From assembly GCA_964530925.1 (NCBI GenBank), contig CAZHBZ010000002.1, forward strand, positions 3,621-67,620: 64,000 nucleotides of DNA, read 5' to 3'. Below are positions 36,671-46,436 of the stretch, in pieces; position 1 is the stretch's first letter; the number at the start of each line of letters is the position of its first letter. Below the pieces are notes generated by a model that worked only from the letters and a program-made list of their open reading frames with translations, ran no database searches and was not told the DNA's origin. Source of the stretch: an uncultured Candidatus Saccharibacteria bacterium (GTDB lineage Bacteria > Patescibacteriota > Minisyncoccia > UBA6257 > 2-01-FULL-56-20). Position numbers and translations under genes: made by a program.

Positions 36671-37723
36671 TTAACTACTCGCCATAGTTTTCACAAGCAT
36701 CTTGGAAAGCTGCTCTTTCATCCCATAACCGCCTCTCAAACATCTTTCCAGCCCTGCCGCAGCTATATTCCGGCGTTCGGCTTCGTGTTCCAAATAATAT
36801 TTAGTCTTTTTGAGCATTTCTTCATTTGAATCGAAAAACTCCGCCTCCTTCCCCTCTTCAAAAAACTCCAATTGCCGGCCGGTCCTTTCCCCCAACATAA
36901 ATCCCCCACAAGCCGGTATCTCTACGGTCCGGCTCGTAACCATATCCCGATTCAATTTGCGCAGAAAACAAAGGTTTATTTTTGTAGCATTTATCGCTTT
37001 AGAATAATCTATGCCGAAAAGATGCCTGTTCTTAATAATCAGATTCGGATGCTTACCGAGCCACGAGCCCCAGTCATTTCCCCAAACGACAACCCTGATT
37101 CCGTTCTGTGCAAGATAGAGCATTCTTTGGGCGCGATCTTCTTCAAAAGAACCGGCGAACCCGACCTCCGCAAAATACATATCTTTTTCTTCTGGAGTTA
37201 GATCCATCGAGTGGTGGATGTCTTCATTATAGGCGTCCAAAAATAATTCGGTTCTTTTGGCGCCCAGTGTTTTCAACTCATCCAAGTTGTAGGTTTTGGT
37301 CGTAAAAACAATATCGTAATATTTTAACCCCCAAAGATAATAGAAAGAACGGTTGTGGCTCCTTCCCATATCATCCTCGGAAGAGGAAATCAGCTTGGTT
37401 TCCGGGAAATTGGTTTTGATGTGTTTCAGCGTTGCTGGCCTGATAAGATTCCCCTTCTCGATCCAGATTATGTCAAATTTTTCTTTTCCGAGTTCCGCTA
37501 ATATCTTTTTATTCACACCGACCCAATCCAATGGGAGTTTAAGCCTCCAAAAAACTCTGGAAATGAAACTTGGTGTGTTAATTCGAGCGCGCCACGGAAT
37601 AGGCATTTCAGATACCCCGGCAACTCTGTGCCCGAGTTTTTGGAAAGAAGAGTATCTCTGGTAGGTGCGGGTATAATCGTTTAAGTCTCCGACAAACAAT
37701 ATTTTAAGTGAAGGGGTTTCCAT
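36671..37723 (-). CDS. CgeB-like GT-B glycosyltransferase (DUF3880/Glyco_trans_1_2-type)
   Basis: 350 aa, C-terminal R..E.PACGGF(M) motif characteristic of CgeB-family transferases. Confidence 0.65.
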   Translation of the reverse strand: METPSLKILFVGDLNDYTRTYQRYSSFQKLGHRVAGVSEMPIPWRARINTPSFISRVFWRLKLPLDWVGVNKKILAELGKEKFDIIWIEKGNLIRPATLKHIKTNFPETKLISSSEDDMGRSHNRSFYYLWGLKYYDIVFTTKTYNLDELKTLGAKRTELFLDAYNEDIHHSMDLTPEEKDMYFAEVGFAGSFEEDRAQRMLYLAQNGIRVVVWGNDWGSWLGKHPNLIIKNRHLFGIDYSKAINATKINLCFLRKLNRDMVTSRTVEIPACGGFMLGERTGRQLEFFEEGKEAEFFDSNEEMLKKTKYYLEHEAERRNIAAAGLERCLRGGYGMKEQLSKMLVKTMASS

Positions 37724-37724
37724 T

Positions 37725-38612
37725 TTATTTCTTTACCGCAAACACATTTGCGCCTCCATTCGCGCCACCGGAACATTTTTTTATAAACTCTTCCGTATTT
37801 ATTATCGGGCAAACTTGTTTCGTCACCGCATCAATGTTGAATATCTCAAAATTATTATCGTCGAGTATCTGAAAAAATTCTGCGGGGTCGCAACCCGCCT
37901 TCTCAATGGCATAAGGCCAGAATTCGGAAACAATCGATAAATCTGCCGATTTTTTTAGAACTTCCTCCGCTCCTCTTAAAACAAGAACCTCCGCGCCCTG
38001 GACATCCATCTTCAGGAAATTTATACCGGAAGATTCTCCCCTAAGCGCATCGTCCAGCTTTATCGCCTCAATCTCCACAAAATCTCTGGAATCCCCGGAG
38101 TCATAAATCCTGTGATCCCCCCGATTGTCCTCATTTAGGTACAATTTTATTCTTCCGGACTTGTCCGATAGCGCTTTTTGTTCCAATACTGCGTTCTTGC
38201 AGCCGTTCAATTCCATATTAGATTTCAGGATTCTGAAGTTTTCCGGGTCCGGCTCAAAGGCAAACACTTTGCCGTTTTCTCCTGCTAATCTAGAAAAAAT
38301 GGTCGTGTAATAACCGATGTTCGCTCCCACATCCACCACAACATCTCCGGGTTTAATTTTGGTCCTAAGAAACCCGGTCTCAAATTCTTCATACAGACCG
38401 AAAATGGAAAGTCCCAAAGAATCTTTCTTATCCAGGTTTAGTTTAAAATTTTTCATGCCGGGAACGGAAATATCCGCCTGCGCTCCCGGATTCTTTAGCC
38501 GCCCAGAAATCCCTTCGTACATCCACACCACCGGTCTGAAACGGGAGAGTCCCAACCCCCTGCTTAAAAATTTAACCGTCGCGGCAAATATTTTGCTTAA
38601 AATTTTTTTCAT
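37725..38612 (-). CDS. FkbM-family methyltransferase
   Basis: VVDVGANIGYYT, AFEPDPENF, LKMDVQGAEVLVL FkbM blocks. Confidence 0.85.
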   Translation of the reverse strand: MKKILSKIFAATVKFLSRGLGLSRFRPVVWMYEGISGRLKNPGAQADISVPGMKNFKLNLDKKDSLGLSIFGLYEEFETGFLRTKIKPGDVVVDVGANIGYYTTIFSRLAGENGKVFAFEPDPENFRILKSNMELNGCKNAVLEQKALSDKSGRIKLYLNEDNRGDHRIYDSGDSRDFVEIEAIKLDDALRGESSGINFLKMDVQGAEVLVLRGAEEVLKKSADLSIVSEFWPYAIEKAGCDPAEFFQILDDNNFEIFNIDAVTKQVCPIINTEEFIKKCSGGANGGANVFAVKK

Positions 38613-38711
38613 AATTAGGTGAAGCCCAATAGATTAACAAAGGCTGAATTTTGCGCTCGTTCGATCTACCCAATACTAATCCTTAAGTCCTCATATTTCA
38701 ATTTTATCAAA

Positions 38712-39761
38712 CTAAATCAGGGCACTGATAAACAAATCTATTTTTCTCTCAACCGCCTCTAGTCCAAAATTTTCTACTGTTTCCCTTCGCAAATACTCTC
38801 GATCATAAAACCTCTGATCGGCGCGGCCGGCAAGCAGAGAAATTATGGCGCTGGATATTTCCTCTGTCTTCTCTGGATTAATCAAAATTCCGGTTCTTCC
38901 ACAAAGGACCGCATCGGTCGAACCATCCTTATTCCCCGCAACAACCGGAATTCCCGAAGCGGTAGCCTCGATGAACACGATGCCGAAACCTTCGCCGGTT
39001 GAGGGCATAGCAAATACGTCCGCCAAGTTATAGAAATCTGGCAATTCTTCATCCGATACTCGGCCGGCCATAATTACCGAATCAGTCAAATTTAATTTTT
39101 TGATGTACATCCTTATCCTTTCTTCATCACTTCCGCCCCCAACTAAAATATATTTGGCGCCGGGAACCTTTTCCAAAATACTTGGCAAAGACGCGATTAT
39201 TTTATCATAACCCTTATATCCTTCTTCCGAAGAAAGACGCGATACGGTGAGAATTATCTTGTTGCCGGCAAGATTGTACCGGCTAAGCAGTGAGGCCGGT
39301 TTGTTGCTTATTTTAAATCTATTCGCATCTACGACATTCGGAATAACTGTAAGTTTCTCGACCACGCCAGGCAATTCCCTACCGAGACGCTCTGCTGTAT
39401 ATTTTGAAACGGAAATTATTTTATCTGCACCTTTTAGTCCGGCAATTCTCGGCGCGGATTTCAAACCCCAAACGTCCACGCCATGAACCGTGACCGCATA
39501 TTTAACTTTAAATATCGTTTTCAATGCCAAACAAAGCGGAGAAAAATTAACGTGTCCGGCGATTATAAGTTTTGGACGAAAAACTATTTCGGCAAAAAAT
39601 GTCCTAGCAACGAAGGAAAGCTTCCCGAGCAGAGAAGATCTCCTAAGCTCCACTATGCGGCAATCATTTCCAAGATTCTTTAGGGCTTCGCAAAACGCTA
39701 GATTGTGAGCCCCTATGCCACCCTGAGCCGACAGTTTGAAAGCTATATAAATTATTCTCAT
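38712..39761 (-). CDS. GT4 glycosyltransferase
   Basis: GT-B GT4 motifs (…MPSTGEGFGIVFIEATASGIPVV…). Confidence 0.85.
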   Translation of the reverse strand: MRIIYIAFKLSAQGGIGAHNLAFCEALKNLGNDCRIVELRRSSLLGKLSFVARTFFAEIVFRPKLIIAGHVNFSPLCLALKTIFKVKYAVTVHGVDVWGLKSAPRIAGLKGADKIISVSKYTAERLGRELPGVVEKLTVIPNVVDANRFKISNKPASLLSRYNLAGNKIILTVSRLSSEEGYKGYDKIIASLPSILEKVPGAKYILVGGGSDEERIRMYIKKLNLTDSVIMAGRVSDEELPDFYNLADVFAMPSTGEGFGIVFIEATASGIPVVAGNKDGSTDAVLCGRTGILINPEKTEEISSAIISLLAGRADQRFYDREYLRRETVENFGLEAVERKIDLFISALI

Positions 39762-40456
39762 CTCAACTTCTTTTTTAATTCCCGACTGAATTTAATGGTT
39801 CTTTTTATAAATTTACATTTTGAAGCCAGCCCCGTGTTCCAGCTGGATTCCCCGTGAATACGTTTTGGAAAAAACACCGGGAACCTAACAAGTTTCAACT
39901 CGTTTACCCTGGCAAGGTACAAAGCATAGAGATCAAATGCAAAATCCTTGGGCGGACTCTGCCACTTATCAAAAAAATTGCGATGAAATATATTTGGTTG
40001 GGCATTGACCTCAAACAGCATTCTTCCCAAATATAGCGTTTCAAAAATACCCATGCCAAGGCTAAAAAATGAATCTGCCAAGGGCCTTCCCCTGCGGCTG
40101 CCTTTAACATATATATTCTCCGGATTACCCGCCTTTTCTATTATATCTAGCGCTCGGATAACATCCGCAGGGTCGGTTTGCATATCAGCATGAGTCCAAC
40201 CCAGATACTCTCCATTAGCCGAACGCAGTCCGGCCAAAACCGCGCTTCCGTAACCGGCTTCCGGCTCAAAAACAGATTTGGCAAATTTATATCGTGGCAA
40301 AAACTCTGCAAGAACCTGCTTTGTATTATCTTTGGAATTATTGTCCACCAAAACAACTTCCACATCTTCCCTTTTTATAGCGGAAGAAAAGCGGGAAAGA
40401 ATCAGCGGTATGTTTTCCGCTTCGTTATAACACGGGACAACTATTGATAATTTCAT
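39758..40456 (-). CDS. GT2 polyprenyl-phosphate sugar synthase (GtrB/ArnC/DPM1-like)
   Basis: LSIVVPCYNEAENI...VLVDNNSKDNT, 232 aa soluble GT-A immediately upstream of a large GT-C-like membrane protein. Confidence 0.8.
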   Translation of the reverse strand: MKLSIVVPCYNEAENIPLILSRFSSAIKREDVEVVLVDNNSKDNTKQVLAEFLPRYKFAKSVFEPEAGYGSAVLAGLRSANGEYLGWTHADMQTDPADVIRALDIIEKAGNPENIYVKGSRRGRPLADSFFSLGMGIFETLYLGRMLFEVNAQPNIFHRNFFDKWQSPPKDFAFDLYALYLARVNELKLVRFPVFFPKRIHGESSWNTGLASKCKFIKRTIKFSRELKKKLR

Positions 40457-42379
40457 TTAATTTCTTATTAATCCGACAACCGCAGAACCGTATTCCCTAT
40501 TTTCAAAAGTTTTCCATATCTTCCAGCTGGAATAGACCAGTTTGTTTATATAAACTTCTTTCCCGGGAACATCGGACACGAGAACCAGATTTATCCGTTT
40601 ATCCGAAACAATCTCCCCGGGTGAAAGCATCGGGAAGCCGTTTCTCAGTTCGTCTTCCCCGGCAGACAAATTTCTTGCCGCACGGACCTCTCTAACCGAA
40701 AATCCTGCGAGAATCTGGGGAAAAACTCCGTAAGTGGAGCCGGCAATGTAGGCTGAAGATGCGTAACCGTCATTTTTTGCTTCGGTTAAGGCTCTTCCAT
40801 AATCATATGGAAATTCCGAAAGAATACTATATTCCCCAGGTTTTTTAATTACCGCAGTAAATTCACCGGCAAGAGAATCTATCCGCAAGTTGTCCGCCGG
40901 GATGCGGTTAAACACATATATATTGTTTGTAATAAGAACTAAAAGCCCCAGAGACAAAGCATAGCGCGAAACAGATACTCTTTCGCTTGAAAAAACCAAC
41001 ACTGCGAAAATCCCCAGAATTGCGAACGGAGCGATATATTCCGCCTGATAGCGGCCTATTCCCCAAAGGTCGGGCAAAATAAGATAAAAAATCAAAATTC
41101 CACCAAGGAATAAGCTTATGATTTCCAAAAAACGCTTCGTCTTTATGGTATAGAAAACAAAAGCAAACGCCGCAAAAATTATCCATATAGGCTGAACCGA
41201 ATTCGTTATTGCTGTCCAGGCGATCCCGGACTTCAACGCGAACCACACGCGCCCGAGAGCGGAAAGCCCGGTCGGAAGAAATGATTCTCCCCCGGAAACA
41301 AAACTTGCGGAGGTTCCGCCGATGAAGCTTCCGAGAAGAAACGGCGCGGCCACAAGCGCAGGCGACATCGCCACAAACAGATCTTTCCTCGCGGTTTTAC
41401 TTTTCCAAAAATCGGATCCGAGACGGATGAATGCGGGCACAAAAGCCACAAAGGCTGTTTGCCTCACCAGCGTCAATATCGCAATTACGGAAAATAGGCG
41501 CAAATGATCCTGCGCGGAAAGATCGTCCTTGGAAAACAAATATAGAAGCGTAAAACTCCAAGCTAAAGTTGCCCAGACGGACTGCTCGACCAAAATCCCA
41601 ACGTGCCAAACGACCGGAATTGTTGCCGCCGCGATCCCAAAAAGAATGGAATTTAAAAAACCGATTTTTTTAACGGCGAATCTATACGCCATAAATCCCA
41701 GTCCCAACAGCGCAGCAAACTGCGCAAATCTAAAAGCGAAGTCGGAGGGCGAGAATATCGCCCCTGAAAGCCAAAGCGGGAATAGGCGGAACGGCGGATG
41801 CGGGCCACCGCTTCCACCCAAAAGAATTATCATCTCCCTGAAAAGGATAAAAACCAGCGCGTATCCGATAATCTTATAAACCAACTTTTTATTCCGTAAA
41901 AATCTATAAAATAAAATCCCGGCGGCCGCAGTGATCAAACTTACGACCCACAGCAGGGCGCTGAAACTTATATCTCCGAGCCAGGCAAACTTCCCGGAAA
42001 GGATATAGATCAAATTCATCCCGTGAGACTCCGCTTGCTGGGCGTGAGCCAAGCCGTCGTTCACGACCGAGTTTGTCAGGGCGGAAAAAGAAATCGGGAA
42101 TAAAGCGGCGAGTAATAATAAACCCGCAAACACATCCCTCACGCTCACGGCAAAGAAATCTTCAAAAATGTCCGTCTTCTTTTGCCAAAAGAATAGAAAC
42201 AACATAAATATACCGAATAGGATCGGAAACAAAATAAAATTCTTTAGCCAACCCCCCGAGGATAAAGCCCCGAAAAAACCGTAAACCCAAAACGCCGCAA
42301 AAGCGAGTATTGCTGCCCAGTTGATCCGGAAAGCGAATAAAACCTTCGATAAATTCATACTTTTCAGACGCCCAAACAT
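40457..42379 (-). CDS. polytopic membrane glycosyltransferase, GT-C-like (ArnT/PMT-type), 640 aa
   Basis: About 12-13 TM helices plus a C-terminal extracytoplasmic domain; partnered with the upstream polyprenyl-P-sugar synthase (classic GtrB plus GT-C pair). Confidence 0.6.
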   Translation of the reverse strand: MFGRLKSMNLSKVLFAFRINWAAILAFAAFWVYGFFGALSSGGWLKNFILFPILFGIFMLFLFFWQKKTDIFEDFFAVSVRDVFAGLLLLAALFPISFSALTNSVVNDGLAHAQQAESHGMNLIYILSGKFAWLGDISFSALLWVVSLITAAAGILFYRFLRNKKLVYKIIGYALVFILFREMIILLGGSGGPHPPFRLFPLWLSGAIFSPSDFAFRFAQFAALLGLGFMAYRFAVKKIGFLNSILFGIAAATIPVVWHVGILVEQSVWATLAWSFTLLYLFSKDDLSAQDHLRLFSVIAILTLVRQTAFVAFVPAFIRLGSDFWKSKTARKDLFVAMSPALVAAPFLLGSFIGGTSASFVSGGESFLPTGLSALGRVWFALKSGIAWTAITNSVQPIWIIFAAFAFVFYTIKTKRFLEIISLFLGGILIFYLILPDLWGIGRYQAEYIAPFAILGIFAVLVFSSERVSVSRYALSLGLLVLITNNIYVFNRIPADNLRIDSLAGEFTAVIKKPGEYSILSEFPYDYGRALTEAKNDGYASSAYIAGSTYGVFPQILAGFSVREVRAARNLSAGEDELRNGFPMLSPGEIVSDKRINLVLVSDVPGKEVYINKLVYSSWKIWKTFENREYGSAVVGLIRN

Positions 42380-43173
42380 TACCCCACTCTACGCAAAACT
42401 ATCTGTCTCTGCAAGGCGAAAATCCCAGGCAGGATCCGCGTTAAAATATTATCCAGAAATCTAAGGATCTTTAATATAAAAATCGGCAACGGAATATAAA
42501 CCGTCTTAGCCACCACTCCACCGGAATTAATGAAATTAAAGAACTCGCTGAAACTTTGTTTTTCTATTTTGAAATATGGTACTTCTTTTTCAAACTTTTT
42601 TGCATCGTCAAAAAGCAATCTTGGAATGGCGCAGTTCGCAGACCAGAGATCATTCGGATCGGTTGCAACTTTTTCTCTGCTAAATACATCCGCGCCGAAA
42701 TCATATCCCTCGTGCCTCATAAGTCTGAGAAGCGCGCGCATAAAGAATGATGCGTTTATCTCTTGGACCAGCAAAACTCCACCCGGCTTCAAAAGCCTCT
42801 TCGTTTCTTCGAAAAATTTTACCGGATAAGGAGTGTGATGAATCATGTTGCTGGAAATTACAAAATCAAACTCGCCGTCTTTAAATGGCGTGGCTAGCGC
42901 ATCCACATTTTCTACATCCAACCAGTCGTTCGGCGCGTAATCTGTGACTAGATAATCAGCTTTTATAAATTCCTTGCTAAGCCCCGACCCGGCTCCGACC
43001 TCCACCCCTTTTGCTCCGGCAGGGATAAACGCGTTCATCCAGTCAAATCTCCCCTCTAATAGAAACTTTAGGTTGTGGAATTTGGTTCCGAAGAAAAACT
43101 TGCGCGCGGCGAGAACATCGCCTTCCTGGCGCATGCGGTTCAGCTCGTGCGCCGGTTTGTAGGTCCTGCTCAT
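42379..43173 (-). CDS. class I SAM-dependent methyltransferase
   Basis: VEVGAGSGL (motif I), ...FDFVISSNMIHH...LKPGGVLLV. Confidence 0.8.
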   Translation of the reverse strand: MSRTYKPAHELNRMRQEGDVLAARKFFFGTKFHNLKFLLEGRFDWMNAFIPAGAKGVEVGAGSGLSKEFIKADYLVTDYAPNDWLDVENVDALATPFKDGEFDFVISSNMIHHTPYPVKFFEETKRLLKPGGVLLVQEINASFFMRALLRLMRHEGYDFGADVFSREKVATDPNDLWSANCAIPRLLFDDAKKFEKEVPYFKIEKQSFSEFFNFINSGGVVAKTVYIPLPIFILKILRFLDNILTRILPGIFALQRQIVLRRVG

Positions 43174-44000
43174 CTTGTTTTATATATGCTGTCGAAAAAT
43201 TTTACCCAGAGCTTGCTTTCGGCATCTTCCCGAGTCTTCAAATCTCCGTAAACATAAAGATATTCCAGCTCTTCATACCTATGGAGATCTGCCGGCTTTC
43301 CCCAGCCGACATAGAGATCTACATCAAAAATAACGCTCTTAAGTCCAAGCTTTTTGTAGAAAATAGGCAGAGAGTCCACATAAAATTCGTTGTTTATCCT
43401 GTAATTTTCACTTATCATCAGCTCACAAGCATCCTTAAACTGCTTGGCCTTCTTGAAATAGAAGGTCGCCACGACGGCATGATCATTGAACGGTGTATCG
43501 GAAACTGGAATCTTTACCGACATATCCGCGATCGTCTCCCCGTCTTCATCCAGCCTCACCCAGCCCCAAGCTTCCGGCTTGGAGAGCAACAATTCATTCT
43601 TGGTGAAGGTCCACAAGACCATATCTACATCGGATCTTTTTTTCAGGGCAGAAAATTTTTCCTCATCGTATAAAAAGCTATTGTCGCAGGCAGCGATCAA
43701 AACATCCTCTTCCGGGTCCAAATAAGACAGAGCGAGCATGCAACTTGTCGCTTGGCCGACCGGCTTCTCTTCCGGCACGATTATCGCCCCGGGAAGTTTT
43801 TTTAAGATTACTTTATCTATCCCGTAGTTATCGATGTGCTCTTTTCTAACCACAAATATCCACTTATCCGAAGGCGGCAGCGCATCGATTATGGTCAGGA
43901 TCATCGGGGCGCCGGAAGCGGGAATAACCGGCTTAGGCAAAATATAGCCTTCTGCGGCAAAGCGGGAACCGGAGCCGGACATTGGGATTACATTCGCCAT
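43170..44000 (-). CDS. sugar-phosphate nucleotidyltransferase (GT-A-like NTP-transferase fold), paralogue 1
   Basis: N-terminal nucleotide-binding motif VIPMSGSGSRF...PKP; 276 aa. Confidence 0.7.
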   Translation of the reverse strand: MANVIPMSGSGSRFAAEGYILPKPVIPASGAPMILTIIDALPPSDKWIFVVRKEHIDNYGIDKVILKKLPGAIIVPEEKPVGQATSCMLALSYLDPEEDVLIAACDNSFLYDEEKFSALKKRSDVDMVLWTFTKNELLLSKPEAWGWVRLDEDGETIADMSVKIPVSDTPFNDHAVVATFYFKKAKQFKDACELMISENYRINNEFYVDSLPIFYKKLGLKSVIFDVDLYVGWGKPADLHRYEELEYLYVYGDLKTREDAESKLWVKFFDSIYKTR

Positions 44001-44909
44001 TTATTTAAGTTTACGGCTTAATGGGTGATGCCCGCAAACAGAGAAATATCCTTTCCAATAATCATGGGATTTATCCCGAGATTCCAAATTTATCTTCACA
44101 TTTATCTCCCGTTCCGCGGGGATGTCCGTAATTCCTTTTTTCTCACCGATCTCTTCCGCAAAAAATCTCGACCATGCCTCATACTCTTCCAGGTCTTCAG
44201 GGGTTCCCCATTGGCAAAAATACTCCGCCGGATATACGAGAGACCTAAATCCATCTTTTATCATCGGATTAAAAACCAAACTGGTATACGATTCCCCATT
44301 CAAAGTCCAATTTTCTTTTAGCGAACGTTCGCAATATTCTTTAAGCAATTCTCCGGAAGAAAACCAAAAAAGGCCGGACTGCTGCCAGGTATCCATCTTG
44401 TTCGAAGTAAACGAAAATTTTTCGCGCACCTCTTCTGCAAAATTGTTCCCGCCAACCCTAACTCCGGCATAAAGATTCGGACCCAAAAGATGCGGATGAA
44501 AGCCTTTATAACAGATAGAAGCGCTGTCGGCGCCGCGAACCTTGGCTTCCGCCAAAAAATCCTTCTCGTCCCAATACATGGCAAAATCGCAGTAGCTTAC
44601 AAAGACAGGTTCGTCATCCAAAAATTTTTTTGCGGCTAGGATTGCATAGTTGGGACCGAATTTATGCGGCTCAATACTAATTATTTCCGAGTTAGGAGAA
44701 ATCTTTCTCAAAATTCCCCCCATTCCAATATCCGCATCTTTAAGATGCTCCGAATTACAAATAAAAATAAACTTGTCTTCCGGCAAGAACATCTTCGTCA
44801 CATGCTCTATAATGGGCAGTCCGTCCACGCGGATAAGGGGCTTCGGGCTTAAATACCCGGCGGCTTTGAATCGCGACCCAAGTCCGGACATTGGAATAAT
44901 TACTTTCAT
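44001..44909 (-). CDS. sugar-phosphate nucleotidyltransferase, paralogue 2
   Basis: VIIPMSGLGSRFKAAGYLSPKPLI; start at the internal ATG 44907-44909 (MKVIIP...), abutting the upstream gene. Confidence 0.7.
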   Translation of the reverse strand: MKVIIPMSGLGSRFKAAGYLSPKPLIRVDGLPIIEHVTKMFLPEDKFIFICNSEHLKDADIGMGGILRKISPNSEIISIEPHKFGPNYAILAAKKFLDDEPVFVSYCDFAMYWDEKDFLAEAKVRGADSASICYKGFHPHLLGPNLYAGVRVGGNNFAEEVREKFSFTSNKMDTWQQSGLFWFSSGELLKEYCERSLKENWTLNGESYTSLVFNPMIKDGFRSLVYPAEYFCQWGTPEDLEEYEAWSRFFAEEIGEKKGITDIPAEREINVKINLESRDKSHDYWKGYFSVCGHHPLSRKLK

Positions 44910-44922
44910 TTTATTTAAAACC

Positions 44923-45534
44923 CTACTCCCAAAAATGGGCATTCGAAAGCGAACACATGACCGCATCAAGGGACATGCCCAGATCCTCTATCTTGCGCCT
45001 ATAAGACTCAATGTCCTCCGGACGACCCCACCTATCCGGAGAAACCAAAGCCGTTTTAAAGGGGGTTAACCTCACCACCACCTCCCGATCGAGGGGGAGG
45101 ATGGTGTTTGTGTCTATCCACGCCCAATTAACCAACCCAGCCTGAGCAAGCGCGAATTCAATTGGTTCCGCCTCGCTGTAGCGTACCGCAATTTCTTTAA
45201 CACCGGAGCGCGATGCGCGATATAGGTATGGAAATTCCACATCCAGGAGAAAATAGTTTTCTTTTGGAATTTTATATTTTTCCGCCAGAACGATACAGCG
45301 CTCTTCTGTCCCAGCCTCTTTTATATTAAAAATGATAAATTTGTGTTTGAAATTCTGCAGATATAATTCCAAACCATCGCATTCTTCCCCCGGCCCCGCT
45401 GGGTCATGGCTTAAATATAAGCTATCCGTTGTGGGGTTATGTCGCACATCTATCTCTACGCCGTAGATTTCGGGTACTTTTTTTAGATCCTCCACGCGAT
45501 TGATCCTGTGGATTATTATGATTGGTTTTTTCAT
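44923..45534 (-). CDS. GDPD-like (glycerophosphodiester phosphodiesterase/PLC-like) small protein
   Basis: IIIHRINRVEDL...GVEIDVRHNPTTDSLYLSHD resembles the GDPD HR...E.D...HD catalytic pattern; 203 aa. Confidence 0.5.
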   Translation of the reverse strand: MKKPIIIIHRINRVEDLKKVPEIYGVEIDVRHNPTTDSLYLSHDPAGPGEECDGLELYLQNFKHKFIIFNIKEAGTEERCIVLAEKYKIPKENYFLLDVEFPYLYRASRSGVKEIAVRYSEAEPIEFALAQAGLVNWAWIDTNTILPLDREVVVRLTPFKTALVSPDRWGRPEDIESYRRKIEDLGMSLDAVMCSLSNAHFWE

Positions 45535-45536
45535 TT

Positions 45537-46436
45537 TCAGATCAACATTGTCTTCCTGTGCTTCTCCGTTTCCATATTCCTCAAGTATATTACTTTTGCT
45601 TCTGGCAACAGCTCTATTTGAAAGCCGAGATTATTCGCGGAGGAAAGCACATAACTCCAGGCTCCGAACAATTCCTTTTCGGCAGGAGAATAATCATTAA
45701 ACCCCCGCCCGTTCACGGAAAAAACTGCTTGGTCCGGAAAGATAATGTCTTTCCCAAAATTAAAATTGTGCGTTCCCGCACCCACAACGTCCGGGACGTA
45801 TCGGGAAAGCCCTAGCTGAACTTTTATTTCTAAATCCAATTTCTTATGCAAATCCGCAAGCCTCTCGGCAGAATCTGCGGAAACTATCACTCCATGGTTC
45901 TTTAGGAAAATTATTTCGGGAATGCCTCTCTCTCTAACTAATTCGGCAACCGCGATCGCCAGCTCGGCCCCGGGATGGAAATATCCTAAAAATGCGGAGC
46001 TGAATCCGAGTTTCGAGCAAATATTCGCCGATAATTCTTCTCCGCCCGCAGAACAGGTCAAAACATTCGCATAAACGGAATGGGTATGAAGAACGTACTT
46101 CCCAAGAAATGCATGGAACCCGGCCTCCATTGAGGGCCTAAAATCCCCTCCGGCGAGTCGGCAGGACAAAAGAAATTCTGCTTCTTTTTTCTCGCCGCTT
46201 TCGCGATCCGGCTCCGCTAGCTTGCCATATCTTTCGGCAAGCATCGGATAGTTAATCTCCACAAATCCTTTTTGGGGGCTTAATTCGGAAAATCTCATCC
46301 CGGACGCCTTAATGATCATCGTACCTGCGCCCGTTTTAACCGAAAGATTTCCCCCGCTTCCCTGAACCGCATCCGGCGCGGAAAAATCGGCGGCAATCAT
46401 GGAAAGCTCAGTAAGTTCTTTTTTCATATTCTTCAA
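45537..46436 (-). CDS. class II aldolase/adducin-family protein (L-ribulose-5-P 4-epimerase/L-fuculose-P aldolase-like)
   Basis: GSGGNLS phosphate-binding motif, metal-binding H.H (HTHS...H). Confidence 0.8.
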   Translation of the reverse strand: MKNMKKELTELSMIAADFSAPDAVQGSGGNLSVKTGAGTMIIKASGMRFSELSPQKGFVEINYPMLAERYGKLAEPDRESGEKKEAEFLLSCRLAGGDFRPSMEAGFHAFLGKYVLHTHSVYANVLTCSAGGEELSANICSKLGFSSAFLGYFHPGAELAIAVAELVRERGIPEIIFLKNHGVIVSADSAERLADLHKKLDLEIKVQLGLSRYVPDVVGAGTHNFNFGKDIIFPDQAVFSVNGRGFNDYSPAEKELFGAWSYVLSSANNLGFQIELLPEAKVIYLRNMETEKHRKTMLI